From the NCBI GenBank assembly GCA_963920595.1, contig OY986950.1:248001-312000 (forward strand): a DNA stretch of 64,000 nucleotides, read 5' to 3'. This document shows, piece by piece, positions 61,601-64,000 of the stretch. The stretch comes from Eimeria praecox (taxonomy: Eukaryota). Every line of letters begins with the position of its first letter. The stretch's first letter is position 1. Made by a program: the position numbers and the translations under genes. The notes beneath the pieces are model-generated. The model was not told where the DNA came from and did no database searches. It worked only from the letters and a program-made list of their open reading frames with translations.

Positions 61601-63345
61601 GAGAGTAGGTGTTATGCAGCGTGGGGTTATGATATGGGGCGGAGTGTGCAGTGGGCATTTTGCGTGGCTGGGTGTGTGTATGTGCGTGTGTCTGTGTGTG
61701 TGCGTGTGTTTGTGGTGTTGGGAGTTCGGAAATATTGCGTGACGCTTGGTGTGCGCCTATGTTGGAGCGTGGAGGTTTGGCTGGTTGAGGGGATGTTTAG
61801 GGGTTTTGGGGGGCGTTTTGGATGGTGAGCGGGTGTGTACTGTATTTGATATGGAGGCAGACGGAGCAGGGAGTGCGGAGCACTTGGGTATTTTAGGTTG
61901 ACATGTGTATGTTGTGGTGATTTTGTGGTGATGCTGTGTGGGTAGCATATTATGCGTGGTAGAGTGCGCGTGCCTAGCTGGCTAGTGTGGCAGGTAGAGG
62001 AGTTGCTTGGGCATGGCTTTGAAGGGTCTGGAGAGTAGGTGTTATGCAGCGTGGGGTTATGATATGGGGCGTTGAGTGTAGTGGGCATTTTGCGTGGCTG
62101 GGTGTGTGTATGTGCGTGTGTCTGTGTGTCTGTGCGTGTGTTTGTGGTGTTGGGAGTTTGGAAATATTGCGTGACGCTTGGTGTGCGCCTATGTTGGAGC
62201 GTGGATGTTTGGCTGGTTGAGGGGATGTTTAGGGGTTTTGGGGGGCGTTTTGGATGGTGAGCGGGTGTGTACTGTATTTGATATGGAGGCAGACGGAGCA
62301 GGGAGTGCGGAGCACTTGGGTATTTTAGGTTGACATGTGTATGTTGTGGTGATTTTGTGGTGATGCTGTGTGGGTAGCATATTGTGCGTGGTAGAGGGAG
62401 CGAGCCTATTTGGCTAGTGTGGCAGGTAGAGGAGTTGCTTGGGTATGGCTTTGAAGGGTCTGGAGAGTAGGTGTTATGCAGCGTGGGGTTATGATATGGG
62501 GCGGAGTGTGCAGTGGGCATTTTGCGTGGCTGGGTGTGTGTATGTGCGTGTGTCTGTGTGTGTGCGTGTGTTTGTGGTGTTGGGAGTTTGGAAATATTGC
62601 GTGACGCTTGGTGTGCGCCTATGTTGGAGCGTGGATGTTTGGCTGGTTGAGGGGATGTTTAGGGGTTTTGGGGGGCGTTTTGGATGGTGAGCGGGTGTGT
62701 ACTGTATTTGATATGGAGGCAGACGGAGCAGGGAGTGCGGAGCACTTGGGTATTAGGTTGACATGTGTATGTTGTGGTGATTTTGTGGTGATGCTGTGTG
62801 GGTAGCATATTGTGCGTGGTAGAGGGCGCGTGCCTAGCTGGCTAGTGTGGCAGGTAGAGGAGTTGCTTGGGTATGGCTTTGAAGGGTCTGGAGAGTAGGT
62901 GTTATGCAGCGTGGGGTTATGATATGGGGCGGAGTGTGCAGTGGGCATTTTGCGTGGCTGGGTGTGTGTATGTGCGTGTGTCTGTGTGTGTGCGTGTGTT
63001 TGTGGTGTTGGGAGTTTGGAAATATTGCGTGACGCTTGGTGTGCGCCTATGTTGGAGCGTGGATGTTTGGCTGGTTGAGGGGATGTTTAGGGGTTTTGGG
63101 GGGCGTTTTGGATGGTGAGCGGGTGTGTACTGTATTTGATATGGAGGCAGACGGAGCAGGGAGTGCGGAGCACTTGGGTATTAGTTTGACATGTGTATGT
63201 TGTGGTGATTTTGTGATGATGCTGTGTGGGTAGCATATTGTGCGTGGTAGAGGGCGAGTGCCTAGTTGGTTAGTGTGGCAGGTAGAGGAGTTGCTTGGGT
63301 ATGGCTTTGAAGGGTCTGGAGAGTAGGTGCTATGCAGCGTAGGGT
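58676..63345. repeat. 428/430-bp GT-rich satellite, homogeneous block (~11 copies)
   Basis: Repeating ORF coordinates at 428-432 spacing; same monomer as 50090-51640. Confidence 0.96.
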
Positions 63346-64000
63346 TGTGTAATGTGGTGTTGTATGCGGGGGCGGGTGTGTGTTTGGGAGGCGAAGGCGT
63401 GGAAGTGAGGATGGAGGCTTGGCTGGCGTGGCGTTTAACTCCGGACAATGTAGGCTATATTCCACGCGGTTCTTCGTCATGGGGGGGATAGAATTTGGTT
63501 GGAATTCTGTGACCTAAAGAGATCGTCTGGTGGGTGTGTATACGGTAGGGACACGACTGGTGGGATAACCTACGAACGGTTAAATGGAGTTGGGCTGCTC
63601 GCTACAAGCCAGAGCAGAGCTCTTGTAAACAGTGCCTTGAGCGGATGGGTATAAAGCGGTGGGTTGAACGCCGGCGATGCAGGGGATGCCTGCTTCGCCA
63701 GTGATTGGATAAAACTGCCTGCTCCTGAAATTCGCGTGCGATATAAAACGGGGACAAGCGACTGTAGTGTCAATGAATATTCTCGGACAAAACGGCAATG
63801 AAAAGAACCTGGCAACTTCAATAATCTGAAGACTGCGCTAGTTTGCATGCACTGAGAGATTTCATGTATCTAGCCAGTAGTCACATCGAAATGGCTCGGA
63901 AGACGGGGAGGCGTTCGAAAAGATATATTGCTGGGTCATTGGCGGTGCACAGCGAGACGCGTTGTGATTATATGAACTGAAGGTGCGTTCTGGAGTTCAG
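63346..64000. repeat. Second copy of the 51620-52270 module (higher-order repeat, offset ~11.73 kb)
   Basis: gcgaaggcgtggaagtgaggat at 51665 and 63391; similarity continues to the window end. Confidence 0.93.

Noticed and set aside
50063..63848. Repeated ORFs in the satellite
   Set aside because: Compositional artefacts of GT/CA skew; frames broken between copies by 2-bp indels.

Overview
Apicomplexan (coccidian, Eimeria-type) nuclear DNA, recognisable from CAG/CTG tracts in exons, interstitial AAACCCT/TTTAGGG telomere-like arrays and TGCATGCA. 1-30 kb is repeat-rich and gene-dense. It holds the 3' part of DNA polymerase epsilon catalytic subunit (+), a secreted PH-like protein (-), an RRM protein (+), UDP-GlcNAc pyrophosphorylase (-), an RPA32-like OB/winged-helix gene (+) and a 4-TM protein (-). 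30-50 kb is relatively repeat-poor, with a possible decayed Ty3/gypsy integrase, two related hairpins, a multi-exon MscS-like channel (+) and a signal-peptide/TM exon. 50-64 kb is a nested GT-rich macrosatellite (~430-bp monomers, 1728-bp units, ~11.7-kb higher-order repeat). Most unusual: (i) three intronic tandem arrays in POLE made of copies of the gene's own exon/splice-site boundary, the most distal copy of one differing only at synonymous sites; (ii) introns built like telomere-capped mini-chromosomes, GT(AAACCCT)n-core-(TTTAGGG)n-AG; (iii) a dispersed 14-bp quasi-palindrome. Gene models were spliced by hand (GT-AG, phase-checked); family assignments rest on recalled motifs, not database searches.
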